DNA of 62,970 bases, counting the filler, from Asterionella formosa (taxonomy: Eukaryota), in the NCBI GenBank assembly GCA_002256025.1. It is 6 parts of 6 records of this genome, joined end to end, with 100 filler letters (N's around TTAATTAATTAA, not from the genome) between each part and the next. Parts side by side here need not be neighbours in the genome. Positions count along the whole stretch, not along the records: positions 1 to 27,834 come from NKIB01001398.1; 5 more parts are not named here. The stretch is one strand, 5' to 3'. Positions within the stretch are counted from its first letter, which is position 1. Each line of letters begins with the position of its first letter. Positions 11,161 to 23,723 of this stretch are shown piece after piece. Below the pieces are notes generated by a model, which searched no databases, was not told the DNA's origin, and saw only the letters and a program-made list of their open reading frames with translations. Made by a program: the position numbers and the translations under genes.

Positions 11161-12254
11161 CAATTTTTAAGGTAAAAAATTGACACACTCACGCACCTTC
11201 TGCACGACACAGCACTACTCTGCACTCAATTACACCTTAACAGGCGGTTGACAAGGTGTTTCCATAACCGCCATCCCCAATCGGCAGCGCCAGAAGTCAA
11301 TACTTATGTTATGTTGATATCAGGAGGGTTAGAATTTTCCAAACCCAGGCTGTTTACGCCAGGAAAATCCACCTAGCTTTAAGGCACTATAAATGAAGTT
11401 ATTATACATAATACACTCAATGCACCATTTGACTACTGGTAGCATTTTGAGTTAGCAAGTAGTAACAATGTCACGCTATTTCGAGGTACCAGGTAGTGTT
11501 GGATATGATCTCACATCATGACAATAAATAGCAATTCAGATCGAAAAATTTTGGTTTGCTAAGATTTAAATGGCACCCAAAAGTCCAAAAAGTCAAAATT
11601 TACTGTTTTGATTTGCGAGGTAATTATGTCGTCATGACGAACAATTTGTGGTAAACAAGCGAAAAACAATTTGGGGTTAGCTGACAGATTATGTAACCAA
11701 TCAATTCTACTTGAGTCGAGCTTTGTTTGACAAAGAATTGGCATGTCAAAGAAAAATAAATCACATGGAAAGATAAATTCAATTTGGATCCAATGAGCAT
11801 TCAATCGAAAACAAAAATTTCGGTCAGGTTTGTGTCTACTCGTTCGAAAAGTGCATACATAATGTTTGTTGTACAGGATTATCTATCATTATATGGCTGA
11901 TGAAGACTAGTGATGATTTATTTGGAGCAAAAATCGATTTGGGTCTACTGAGAGTTGAACCAAATAAAATAATTAGGTCTGCGTCGACTAGGTTGAAAAC
12001 AGCTTTGTTGCATCGGATAATCAAGGGTCATATCATGAAAGCTAAACCTGCATAAACTATTCAATTACTTCCTGCAAGGCCTACCAAACTGATAGTTTAC
12101 AAATACTTTGATGAACGGAACTCTTAATGTCAATATAGTGTACAGTTCCGCAATAATCTAACTCAAATTTTACTCCAAAGTACCGTACCGGTATATAGGT
12201 TACTTACTACCTGGTTCCCTGGTTCGTCCCTGGTTCCCTGGTTCCTGGTACCAC

Positions 12255-14528
12255 TTAAAAACTGTAAGCCACCGTTATTTTACTCTATCTTTCGACTAAA
12301 AATAATTATGTAATTCAACGATCAAAACTTGACGCAAGTACAAAGCTTATGTTAGACAATGCTCTCTGCTATACTTTCAAGAAATCAGTTTTGATTTAGT
12401 GTTATCTAGCCATGAAGAAATAATTTCCAAAGTCACTAAGATTATTGCATAGCAGTGGCTTGCAGTGCATATTTTTCTATGTGTGCATGTAAATATTTTC
12501 CCCCCAAACCGTGTTTATTTTTACTCCGTTAATACTACAAAAATTATTTTCTTATTACTTTACGTTTTACACTTTTGCAGGGCAGTATCATCGTTGGAGA
12601 ATTCTTCTGATGTATTACATTAATCTCGAGCTTGCTTCTTTGCATCCAATTACTTGCTTGCGGAGTCTCAAACTTCATCACGGAATGGTGGATCGGCAGT
12701 AGCAGTTGTAGAAGGAGAGGGAATAGTAACAGGAGGAGGTGCAAAAACAACAACCACAGCAATAGGAGGTGTATGGAGAGGGAATGGCGGCTGCTGGTCA
12801 CCACAGTGATTGGTGTCGTCGAATCTTGTAATCAGAGCTTGCCTTGTTTGTGGAACCAGTAAATCACCTGATCGTTTGTACCAACGCACCATTAATTTCA
12901 ATTCTAGCACAGACATCTGTTCTTTTGTTTTGTTCTGTTCCTTCAATCTAAGTACTTTTCCGCGAAGTGTATTGAATTCTTGTTGCCTTTTTGTTTCTTT
13001 TGTACTAATGACAATGTCTGAAATTCGCTTCCGTTCCAATGTAGCAGCAAGAATATTTGGCCCAAGGGTAAATGTTTGTGCAGAAGCCAGTAGTCCTGCT
13101 GTTATCCTCTTCTTGTGTCCCTCAATGTGTAAATCCGCTGTTTCCTTTCTCTTTCTAGCTTGGGCCTCCTGGTTGATTCCATTTCGCAGATTCTCGCATT
13201 TGCAAAACTCGTTAATTCTTCCAACAATTGTTCCAGCAAAGCCAGTTTGGAGGTTTAACTCATCAGGAGGGAGTCTCTGTGGGCGCATTGATGTTCTGTT
13301 GTGGTTGGGTTAGTTGAATCTTAGGGTGAAGCAAGACATTATAGTTCAGGGGGCCACCATCCTCATTCATAAATTGCTTTCTTGTTTGTGGCAATATTTG
13401 CAAAGGAATTGTCCCATGCCATATGCACCAGTCCAACAATGTTGACCTTGTTAATTGTAAGCTCTTGCCTGTGATCTGCTTTTAAGGTGAGCGATTTGCG
13501 TTTTGCTTTTGTTATCATGCTCATTTTGAAACAACCGTTTTGCTCACTACTGTCTCCAACCTGCCAGTAGCTTGTACCATAAGGAACACCAATACAGCCT
13601 GTCCAATTGTGTACTGGGTTGTTTATGTATTCAAGGAACAAATGTCAAATCAAGACCCATGTCCATCAAGTATTAGGAATGGTGGGGGCCCGTTGTTTCA
13701 AGGAAAGATGCCAGAGTCATCCCTGTGCTTTAGCATGCCAACCAGAAGCTCTGCAGTGATTGAGCCATTTTCTGACACACAGCAGTATGTAGGCAATTTT
13801 TCCCTTCCACATCACAGACTGGTCCTTGTGGATATTGTTTTCTCTTTCTGCTGTTGCCATGTATGTTTTCATCTTCTCCTTCCCAAGCAGCAAAAAGATG
13901 TAGGCCAAGCTTCTAGCTCCCTAATCACATTGTTAAGACAAATCTGAACACTGACCAACTCTTCAGCAGAAAATTTCTTTCAAGGCAAGGCATTGCCTTG
14001 TCAAGGCACTTTCGAGGTCATGATGTTGGTATTGTGATGGGTGATGGGTGATTGTTGTGTTTGCATTTAATTTTTGTACTCATAATTTGGCCGCACCAGG
14101 AATTCCTATTTGACTTTTTCCATTAGTGAATTTATCTCATTATTATGGCACACGAGCGAAAGCGCAATGACGTCGTAGCTATATTAAATAAATTTTAGAG
14201 GATACTAAATTAGTTTTCTAGCAGAGGAATATTTATATACCTGTATACCTATATAAAAGGTGATGCTTGCTCAATCGAGTAAACGTGAAAATATCCAATT
14301 TTCGCAATTTCATGTGGACAGCAACCTTTGGGCGATAATACCTAATTAACAATGTACACAATGCAACAATACAAGTACGGAAGTATTTACTCGCTGTATT
14401 AATCTGAACAACTCGTTCGTGACAATAAATAGCGTATCTTGTAAACAAAGTTCAAACCGTGCGTTTACTCCGTTTAGCGGTGAAAAAACAGTTCAAAAGT
14501 CGCCGTAGCGGTGGATTACAGTTTTTAA
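12255..14528 (-). mobile_element. TIR element 'A' carrying a decayed pogo-like/DDE_1 transposase
   Basis: TIRs TTAAAAACTGTAAGCCACCGTTA (12255) and TAGCGGTGGATTACAGTTTTTAA (ending 14528). Internal pieces read SENGSITAELL...PFLILDGHGS..FLEYIN...CIGVPYGTSYWQVGDSSEQNGCFK...AWDNSF, plus a C-terminal ORF at 12668-13288. Confidence 0.8.
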
Positions 14529-14911
14529 GGTTCCTGCATTTGAACCCCTAGGCAAAAATTAAAATATTGCTTAGGGTTGCCGAAATTCCCTGGAACTAAG
14601 AACTTTTATGTGCTAATTTGAATATCAATGATTCCGTTTGAAAAATTCAAATGAGTGGAAATTTGCGCGTACGTATATAGATTCCATTTCAAATGCATAA
14701 AATATGTAAAGATAGATTCTTCATCGCTGAATGTTTTATATTGCTACTCTACCGATAGTATACCTACTCGTATCATAAATATGTTTCACATGCACGACCC
14801 GGCGGCTGCAAAATATATTTGAATGTGCAAACTATCGGTACTAAGGTACTGGTTAGCGTGCACTACCATTTACTATGACGAATGATGATCAGTTACCTGG
14901 AACCGGTAGGT

Positions 14912-15017
14912 CTACCCGGTACTCTGTATTCCTACTCCGTACGGATTCCTGTTTACGGGTAAACCTACCCGGTACTCGATATTCCCACTCCGTACGGATA
15001 CCGGTATACGGGTAGGA
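14912..15017. repeat. Two tandem 53-bp units, each self-complementary
   Basis: CTACCCGGTACTC...TCCGTACGGA...TACGGGTA starts at 14912 and again at 14965. Confidence 0.85.
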
Positions 15018-15378
15018 TCGGCCAACACCCAAGAAAATGCTTCATGTGTATCCAGTGTGGCCGGCGTGGGATGGCACGACCTCGCAAACCGTGCCAATCG
15101 AACGGATGTAAGGATAACCAATCAGAATATGATTTTTACAGCGGGCAATTACATTGGAACTTTTTGTACACGAGATTTTACGACTACAAATTTTAGCACA
15201 AGACTACCATTCCGATGATGACGTTTCGGCGATTAGTGATTCTGATTCCGACGTTTGGGTGACCGTTGAAAAGGCCGATATTGTCGAATTTTTGGACGAC
15301 GATAGCTCAACGTTGGCAGGGTTTGAAGAAGAGTTAAGTACATAGGTAATCTTCATATAGCCCCAGAAGTTAACTTTC

Positions 15379-15501
15379 GGCGAGAAACTGCAGAAAGGAA
15401 CTTCGGTTTTTTTACTAGGCCAAATAAACGAGTTAGCCCGGTAAAATCCACTATTTTCAGCATAGTTAAAAAACCGAAGTTCCTTTCTGCAGTTTCTCGC
15501 C
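15379..15501. repeat. Perfect 34-bp inverted repeat inside element B
   Basis: GGCGAGAAACTGCAGAAAGGAACTTCGGTTTTTT (15379-15412) and its reverse complement (15468-15501). Also present at ~27713-27834. Confidence 0.9.
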
Positions 15502-16351
15502 AGATCCTATATCCTGACGATATATAGCGTTGACCTATACCCCTACTTTGATAAATTACTGTATTTAAGCATGTGGAAAGGGTGTGTATTGGTGAAAGCT
15601 CCGTTTAGCGATATACATTTACGTTTTACTCGTAAGAAGTCTATGGTTGACTACTCTGACTTAATATTATTTTTTAAACCCTACCTCGAGCTAGGGGTTC
15701 AAATGCAGGAACCTTAAGCCGGAGAAAATCGTTGTATAAGTCAAAATGGCCCCGGAGAAATTTTAAGAATTGACACAATTGTCTTCTCGTCGTCCAGAGG
15801 GTGGTATCAGTTACAGTACCTGGTACCAGGTACCAGGTAGTCTGCATTTTGCATTCTGCAAATGCATTGGTTGTAACAAAGGCGTGTACCAGGTACACCT
15901 GGTACATAGGGGACAAAAGTGACCGAAGTTGTATGTATCGGAGTATAATTACCTATAGTGTTACGGTACATAGATATGTATTCGGAGTAAAGCATATACA
16001 TACTATGTACATGTTGTTTGAAATCGATTGTTGCATTGCCGGTATACCGGGATGTATGAGGACTAAGGCTTTGAAGGTCCTCTAATCGAGAAAGTTAGCT
16101 CGGCTTTTCTTTTATTGTAAATCGTCTTTCCCCGGACCCTCCCTGCTGGCTCTAGGGCTTCACAGGCTTGACCGTGTGCGTGCTAAAATGCCTTCACCAC
16201 CATCCTCACACTGGTGGTATACCGGTAGATGTTCTCGTCAACCATCAGATCAGATCGTTTACATGCAAGTCACTCGGGAAGAAGTCCATCTATTAATCTA
16301 CGTTTTGTTCGTCACTTGCAGGGCGACTAATTGGCACATCATATTAACCTC

Positions 16352-17925
16352 ATGGCGCCGGGTCAATCGTCTGAAGGAAGCGGAACAATCGAGAAAAAGA
16401 GAATGCAGCAGATTGCAACAGAAGATGACCTCTGCAAGGCCCTTGGGATTGATATGCGAGATCATCTCACTCCCGGCGTGGAGATGGACACTCGAGAGGT
16501 TGAATACGTAGTAGTTCCAAATCCTACTGCTGATGCAGTTGATCTCAGCGATTTGAGAGGAATCAAGGCCCCACCCGATGCTGCTGAGAGGGAAGGTTAG
16601 TTTTGTTTTGTTGTTTGAGTGCCTTGCGTCGCATTCATCCGATTCAGATCTACATAACTGACAAATCTTCTCTTATTTTTAAATCCTTGACATCAGATTT
16701 CCTAGGAGAAGAGTCTAGTGATCCTGATTTGGAGGCTCTTGCTGAAATTGTTCCAAAACTGAAAACGAAAAGAAACACAACTGGGCATGCAATGACAATT
16801 GATATTCCAATGGAGCCAGATATGGAGAAAAGAAAGGTGGCTTCTCATCTCGCTTCTCCAACGATGGCATGTGTTGCCGAGGAAACGCCCATTGAAGTTG
16901 AGGCGGATTTACAAATAATGATGAACGACGAGGAGAACGAGAAGAAGGAGCAACTGGCAAACGCCAAGAACAAAGCAGCAGCAAATATGAATGAATCAAT
17001 GGTTGCCATGGCTGGTGATTGCACCGGTCGAGTTGATACTAACGACGCGCCCGAAGAATTTTTGCTCTTGGCTGATAGCATGAAAGTACAAGAAAGCGCA
17101 GAGGAGTCGGACGATGGAAAAGTTGAGCCAACGATTGCCAAGGAGGCTAAGGCTAGGGTCCTTCCAGCTATCGACAACGATGGAGGTGGTAACGACGAGC
17201 AAAATCTTGGAGGCTTTGACGATTCTGAATCCAATTCAGAGTGTGAGTTGAACCCCGATGAATTCGTTGCATCTTCTGCACGCATTCCCAATCTGCGGGA
17301 AGATCACCGTCATCACCTAATCTCGTCGGAAGCGTCAATGTCCACAGCTACTCAAACACAAACTCATGAAGCCCGTATGCCGCTGTTATTACCGAACTTC
17401 AAACCAGCAACTGGATGCACAAATGCCTCTGATTTTATTGTGCGGTGCTTTGTGGCTCGACTGAGAGCAGGTATTACTGTTGTGAAGCATGGCCGGTCTC
17501 GATGGTGCAAGTCTCGCCTCCGCGTCCTTCACATTCATCCAGACGGGCGCTCGTTGAGTTGGAAGCCTGCCGCAGGCGAGCCAGCGTCGAGCAAGCGACC
17601 ACCCAAACTCGATTTGAGTACTTGCACCGAAGTTCGACATGCGTGGTCACCAGACCCGTTGAACCCAATGTTTACGGGAACTGCTATTTTGCGACAAAAG
17701 TGCGAGGCAGCCAATGCTCACAAGTCCTTTGCTTTGATATTTCCGAAGCGAAGTGTTGACATTACTGCTGTTACCGCTGATCAATGTAAGGTGCTGATGG
17801 AAGGTTTTTCAGCCTTGTGTTTCCGTCTTCAAGTGGCTAATCTGGCTGGTCGCAGTGGCAATAAGGGGAGGGTTTCGATTGGAGAAGTTGCATCCCCTAC
17901 TGTGGGGCATGCTCGCGCTAATTAG
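16352..17925 (+). CDS. Acidic low-complexity protein with C-terminal PH-like domain; exons 16352-16595 and 16697-17925
   Basis: GT..AG intron 16596-16696 joins two ORFs in frame (G|AT = Asp). The C-terminus LRAGITVVKHGR...SLSW...SFALIF...VDITA...LMEGFSAL resembles PLC/Mcp5-type PH folds. The true start is uncertain. Confidence 0.75.
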
Positions 17926-18399
17926 TATTCCGCAATAGCTTATCCATGATACCTTAGCCATAAGTTTCACATGTCGTTAGTTTGGATTGCAGTGAATTGT
18001 GACGTATGTTGATGGTTCAACATGATTACGACCCAGTCAACTCTACATAGTGAGATACTCCTCCCAAGAACGTTTTATCAACGATAATTAATCCTGGTAT
18101 AATTTGTAAAAAAACTTCAATGCCAATTAATGATGTCAACCTTAACCTAGTAAACCCCTTGGTTGTGCATTGAACACCTTAACATAGATCACATGGTGCT
18201 TGAACCTTACCATTTTTCTTTACTGCCTCTTGTATTCGAGAAATTCCATTGCCTCCTTAAAATACAGTTCTGAAGATTACAATAGTATGTGAATCCATAT
18301 CTCAAATGATCCGACGTCATGATTTGATAATTTTTTATTCATTTGATACAACATATATATAATATATATATATGTATATTGTTATTCGCTGGAACATAC

Positions 18400-19460
18400 C
18401 AATGTAAGGAATAAACTTCGCAACACTATTTATAATTTCTAGTTCGAACATTACCCAAGATTTGCACAAACTTCCAAGGGGACAAGGCTTGAAGGAAGTA
18501 TACTTCAAATTTGTATGCAATATTTACAAGCGAATTTTCCAGAAGAAGAATCCAACCTGTCAAATCATGATTGATGGAGTAGATTTACCTGCTCAATCAC
18601 CAACCAGTAGACTCAATATCATGGTTGTTCCAAGCCTGTCCATTCAATGGGAATACAAGGACCCAACAAATGTGTGCTTTTTGCTGACTTGAAAGATTTT
18701 TCGGAAGAATCTACAATAGGTTCCAGATGTGAAAGACTGTGATTTTATCAAAACTAGTTGACAAGCGATTCAGCTAGGCGATCTAGAAGAGAAAGAGCAG
18801 AAGGAGCATGAAAGAGTGGCAAAGAACGAACAAGGCACAAAGAAAAGCACCATCATGATAATGACTATTGATCTCCCAGCAAAAAAAACCATCATGATGG
18901 ATATGTCAATGCTCAAGTTTCAGGCCGCTCGAATTTGCAAGGGGAAACCTGATGAGATTATTGCATAACTTGATCTATATGAGAGTTTCAAGCACATACT
19001 CCCTGAATACAGGTATCATGCAGCTGTATTGAATTGCTTTGATAGTTTAACTTCAATAAAAACTTCTGATGTTGAGATTACAAGGGTTATGACTTCCTCT
19101 GTAATTGATGACAAAAGTATCATGAGTGTCATCAGTGCTTTGTAAAATGAAGTTTCTCCTACAGAGGATTCCTTTCTCAGTACAAGCCCAAATGCGACGC
19201 CAATACCTTTAGCAATTACTCCTGCTGACAAGTTGGATGGTTCTCATGAAGGTGGTGGGATTTGTATTGACTGCCAAGTCATCAACAGTGAACACCTTTT
19301 AATTGATTGTAACAAATTTGTTTGTTTCATTTGTTGTGATGCTATTCGAAATGTACAAAACATTGGTGATTTGGCGCATGTTTCTCAGTGCACAACTCAG
19401 CTGAGAATGAACAAATTAGGCAGAATAAATATTCATGAATTTTGTTCACTTATAAAGTAA
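18400..19460 (+). pseudogene. Decayed ORF with C-terminal Cys/His cluster; candidate accessory ORF of the adjacent Harbinger element
   Basis: Plus-strand pieces (18462-18692, ~18790-19460) converge on the transposase and end in CIDC...EH..IDC..FVCFICC. Confidence 0.35.
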
Positions 19461-19639
19461 CTTAAAAGTAAGCTACCTTGTTATTTCTCTAATTTTACGA
19501 AATTTGTGATAATGATTTACAAGTACTAGTTAGGTTCGATTCCACCATTTGATTTGTTTACTGACAGCAGCGATTTCTTTATTGAAGTTGATGTGTATAG
19601 ATGAAAAATGTAATTCCATGCTGTCTCCTTGCAAAGTGA

Positions 19640-20990
19640 ATGCCAGATGCTGTGTGCCAGAAGCTGCACTGTCCAGATACCCATCACTGTCTAATGTCTA
19701 ATAGCATATTGTGGAGCATACAGCATGATGTGAACACTTTCTCGATATGCTCAGGTCGACTCAGGTTGTTCCAGTTTTCAAGGAATAGCCATTGACATTT
19801 GAATGTACCAAAAAAGTACATTCAATGTCTTTTCGAACAGACTCCATCATCCTACCTCAAGCCCTTTCTTTTCCATGTTCATTGCCATACTTTATTGGAC
19901 AAATCAACACCGGCCATCTTATGTATCCTCCATCACAGAATATAAAATAGTAGGCTTTGCATGGAATAGATGAATCATCAGAAAGTGCATGCCACTCTTG
20001 CCTGCAAAGAAAAGAATAAATATCATTTAGATTGGAAAGAGCAGCACTGAATTTGACTATGTGTTTGTCGTTTCTTGTTCCTGGATGCAGGTAGCTGATG
20101 GACAAAATTTTCCTTCTGTGATCAGAAACCACCTCAAAAGCAATTGATGGATACCCCTTGGAACCACTTTATATATTTTCTTTTTGTAGGAGGGACATTG
20201 ATTCCTTCCCATGTGTACATAATCAACTGAACCTATACACCCTGGAAGTCCAAGAGAAGTGTAATCTTGTAGAATTTGTTTCAGGTGCTCATCCTGTTCC
20301 GATTAATCATTCAGTATGAATATATAATTGTTCTTCTTTTCTGCAAATTTCGCAGTCCAATGAAGAAAATTGTCGGTACACCTTCTGGAGATGTCAGTTT
20401 GCATATTCACAGACTTTCGTCCCTTATAAATAGGAACTGAGTCATAAAAACCAAATATCTTATTATGCGATAAAATCTTCGTGATCGGGATAAGTCTGCA
20501 TCAGCCATGACATTTTCGTTGAACATTTCTGTCCTTCTTGAATCAGCAACAAGTCTCCGACCATTGCTAGCATGAAAGTACATAAAGGTACTTCTAGCTC
20601 CATAATAGGTATACTACTTCTTACATACAATCATTTCATACAGTATTATTGTTGCACAAAGTTGAAAGTTATTACGTACTATGTGAGTTAATTGTGGACC
20701 TAACTGAATTGCTGCCATCAGCTCGAAGCTTCTACCGAAGAATATGACGTCGAAAGCACACGATATTGCTCGCAAGGGTGATGACAACCATGAACAAGTT
20801 GCTTCCAGCATGTAAAAGGGTGTGAATATAATGGTCACAGCATGTCTTCATCGTATCCAGCCATTTTCGCTAGTACAGATTCTAGTGATGCAATGAAATG
20901 TGTTTGTTATCAATAGGGGTTCTCCAATCAACTTCTTCTATTTCTTGGACTCCATGCCAACAGTGAAACAAGGAAATCATAAAATCCTCC
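19640..20990 (-). mobile_element. PIF/Harbinger transposase remnant
   Basis: Read-through gives GLPGCIGSVD.VH...GYPSIAFEVVSDH.RKIL...PGTRNDKHI...CDGGY.RWP...MESVRKDIECT...CCMLHNML, with multiple stops and frameshifts. Confidence 0.85.
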
Positions 20991-21189
20991 ACCAATGTAA
21001 CCCTTGATGTCGAAATACCTTTAATTATGTAAGGAAAAAACGTCATCAATTAATATAGCTTACATTCAATGTATGTATATTCATGAGGAATTTTTCGTAT
21101 AAGCACATAGGTGAGCAACAGAATTGACCACTTATCAGAAAGTTTAACTCAGGACAGTAGTGGAGGCTTGCTAAATCAACCAAAACTAC

Positions 21190-21762
21190 CTAAACACAGG
21201 TTGCATTGTAACTTTTGGAGCATGTTGCTTTTTTATCCAGTAGTTGCGTTAGTTGCACTTCCCATTTTTCAATCAATATTGAGAGATGGTCTTGCCAACG
21301 CTCCATCAATGCATCGACTTCCTCACGATCGTGATTACTAGCTTCCTGTCCTCTGAGAAGTCGAATGTCTTCAAGCGTGGATCCCGTCGAGTCAATCTTG
21401 CACCCTAGTAACAGGGCATTACCAGTCATTTCGATTCTTGCCGGTGCTGTTCGAGTTGACGATACGCTACTGCGACTTTCACACAGGGCATAAGAATCCT
21501 TGTCAGACAAATTCAGTGACCCTTTCTTTGATTTCCTCTTCTTCGATTCTTTCTTAGACTTGTGCTTCTCCGTCCCTTCCTGTGTCCTTCCCTGCGCTCT
21601 AAGTTGGGAATATTCGCTGATGGACATTGCAACCCCCGAGGTCACGCTGCTTTCATCGACCCACGATGAATGCAGACCATCTCGGGAGTATGTAATTGCA
21701 AAGTCGTCTTCGCCTTTGAGTAAAAAACTGGCAAGTGAAGGATGGTTTGACGAAGAATTCAT
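21190..21762 (-). CDS. Hypothetical protein, 190 aa (Lys-rich patch, C-terminal helical segment)
   Basis: Intact ATG ORF with gene-like composition. No domain recognised. Confidence 0.5.
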   Translation of the reverse strand: MNSSSNHPSLASFLLKGEDDFAITYSRDGLHSSWVDESSVTSGVAMSISEYSQLRAQGRTQEGTEKHKSKKESKKRKSKKGSLNLSDKDSYALCESRSSVSSTRTAPARIEMTGNALLLGCKIDSTGSTLEDIRLLRGQEASNHDREEVDALMERWQDHLSILIEKWEVQLTQLLDKKATCSKSYNATCV

Positions 21763-22357
21763 GGTTGCTATCGTAATAAAATATCAACGAAAGAAAGATT
21801 GTTTGAAATGGGTGATATGTTATCTTGTTTTTCTTCGTGAACTGAACGCGAGGTGGATCTTCAATTTCCTGTGACGAGGCTGTATATACGACTAGCTGTG
21901 TTGTTTACATTTCTATTGTATATAAATACCGGTATTTGGTGGGTGTTTATACATCGCTTATCATTAGTATGAAGTTAGATGCTGGGCATCGCAAAAAGGT
22001 GACAATTTAATACTGATACATCGCTGAAGTTGTGATAGCCTTTTGTACATCGTACAGAGACATTTGACTCGCTGGGTTCTGATTTGTAGAATGTGCAGGT
22101 TCATGAAAATGATGCGCACCAGAAGAATCGTTCAGTAACAAAAGGTGCCAGAGGTACCAGTACCCTGCTACCCTGGTACCATTCCGTGTAAATATGCATA
22201 CCGGTACGTCTAGTTCGTAATTTTCCGACACGTAGATATGATTCCCGGGTGAAGTTGTGAGTGTTTTGAAGGGCAAGTACGGTAGGGGACCTACCGATAA
22301 TATGCTCATACTTCGCGCTTCAGCAATACCGGTATACTGCAAGACTTTTCCCCAATA

Positions 22358-22424
22358 AAGGTCCGATTATCGAGATATTTATCTTAATCTTTGCGAAAGT
22401 AAATAACGTGTTTTACCGGACCTT
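22358..22424. repeat. ~70-bp mini-element with AAGGTC...GACCTT inverted ends
   Basis: Shares ATCGAGATATTT, AATCTTT and AACGTGT.TTACC.GACCTT with 42993-43063. Confidence 0.6.
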
Positions 22425-23723
22425 GAAAGGAAAGGAACCGTAAGTGCGCTAAGTATACACACCGTGGTTGAGTAACAAAGAACCTACCGTACAGGAGCAG
22501 GAGATACTCCAGGTTACTGTTCCATAAATGACCATACTACCGGCACGGTTGATGTTTGCGTAAATATTATAACTACCACGGTAGCTCACGTAGATCTAGT
22601 GCAACATAAAATCCTTATCCCTACAGCGGCAAGGAATATGGCGCCAATTTGTTTGCTTCGATTGGCTCACCACATTACTCAATATTGCTGCCATTTCTTG
22701 TGCAGAAGTGATTCCTTGAAGGCTTTTAGATTTGTTTATCTATTCATGAGTGGAACACTCTTGGGACTCACTTATCACATGAGATTCAAAAAGTTATAGC
22801 AATATGAGTTATGGCCACTATCAGTGCTGCCCTGCCCCCACCCTGCCATTCATGGTGTTTGGATGCAAGTCGATCAATTCAGGGAATATCTTCATGCAAA
22901 AATTCTATACTAAGGCCTACTTTTCCTACTATATTTTGATTTTCAGGATACAGCCATCCATATGGCTGGAATCATGATGCTCAGTGTACCTGAGGTACGC
23001 ACTACTAGCAAGACCTGTCTCCCCACATTCCAGTGCCTGAAGTCACTACATTTGGGGGATACTGATTGATAGTTGCCTCAGCAAGTAAGTATATGAACAC
23101 CAGGGAAGGAAATTCCAGTAAGCACTACATGGTCTACCCTTCTTCTTACTCTCAAGAATGTATAGACTTAATCGATACAGATAGGTTTTATATGTCATTT
23201 GTGAAACATGTGTTCCCATTCATGTTCCCATGACTAGAACAAATTTTGTTGTATATAATTATGCACACGAGGCAGATTGAACAAGACTTTGTAACAACTA
23301 CCTAGTAGTACATATATATTGGACAACACAGATTGCTGGGCATAACATTACTGACCTATTATGGTACAACAGGTGGCATGTTGCTAGATATAGCTAGCTA
23401 CCACCAAGGAGATGGCATAAGCCCTATATGACATTAACAACCTTATAGGCTCTTCTACAAAGGCTACTGGTATACCTGTTCTAACTCTCACCATCAATAC
23501 TAACACAATACACATGGTGTATGTAAATGTAACCCATAAGTGAAATTTTTTACATCTGAATGATTATGATGAATATGTGATGCCATGCATAGTAGCTAGC
23601 TCCTCCTAGCGTGTAGTTCGTTGCACATATTGCATTATGAACCCACCAAGACTACTAAATATGACTATGTCATAGCTATTGGAACTACATATGTACCTCT
23701 AGATTAGATGTATGGCTAGATGC

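Larger units (their letters stand above)
14529..15713. mobile_element. Non-autonomous TIR element 'B' (1185 bp), TTAA-flanked, Kolobok-like termini
   Basis: Perfect 23-bp TIR GGTTCCTGCATTTGAACCCCTAG, with TTAA at 14525-14528 and 15714-15717. No transposase ORF. Both ends recur at 27501-27834 and 27935-28061. Confidence 0.85.
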
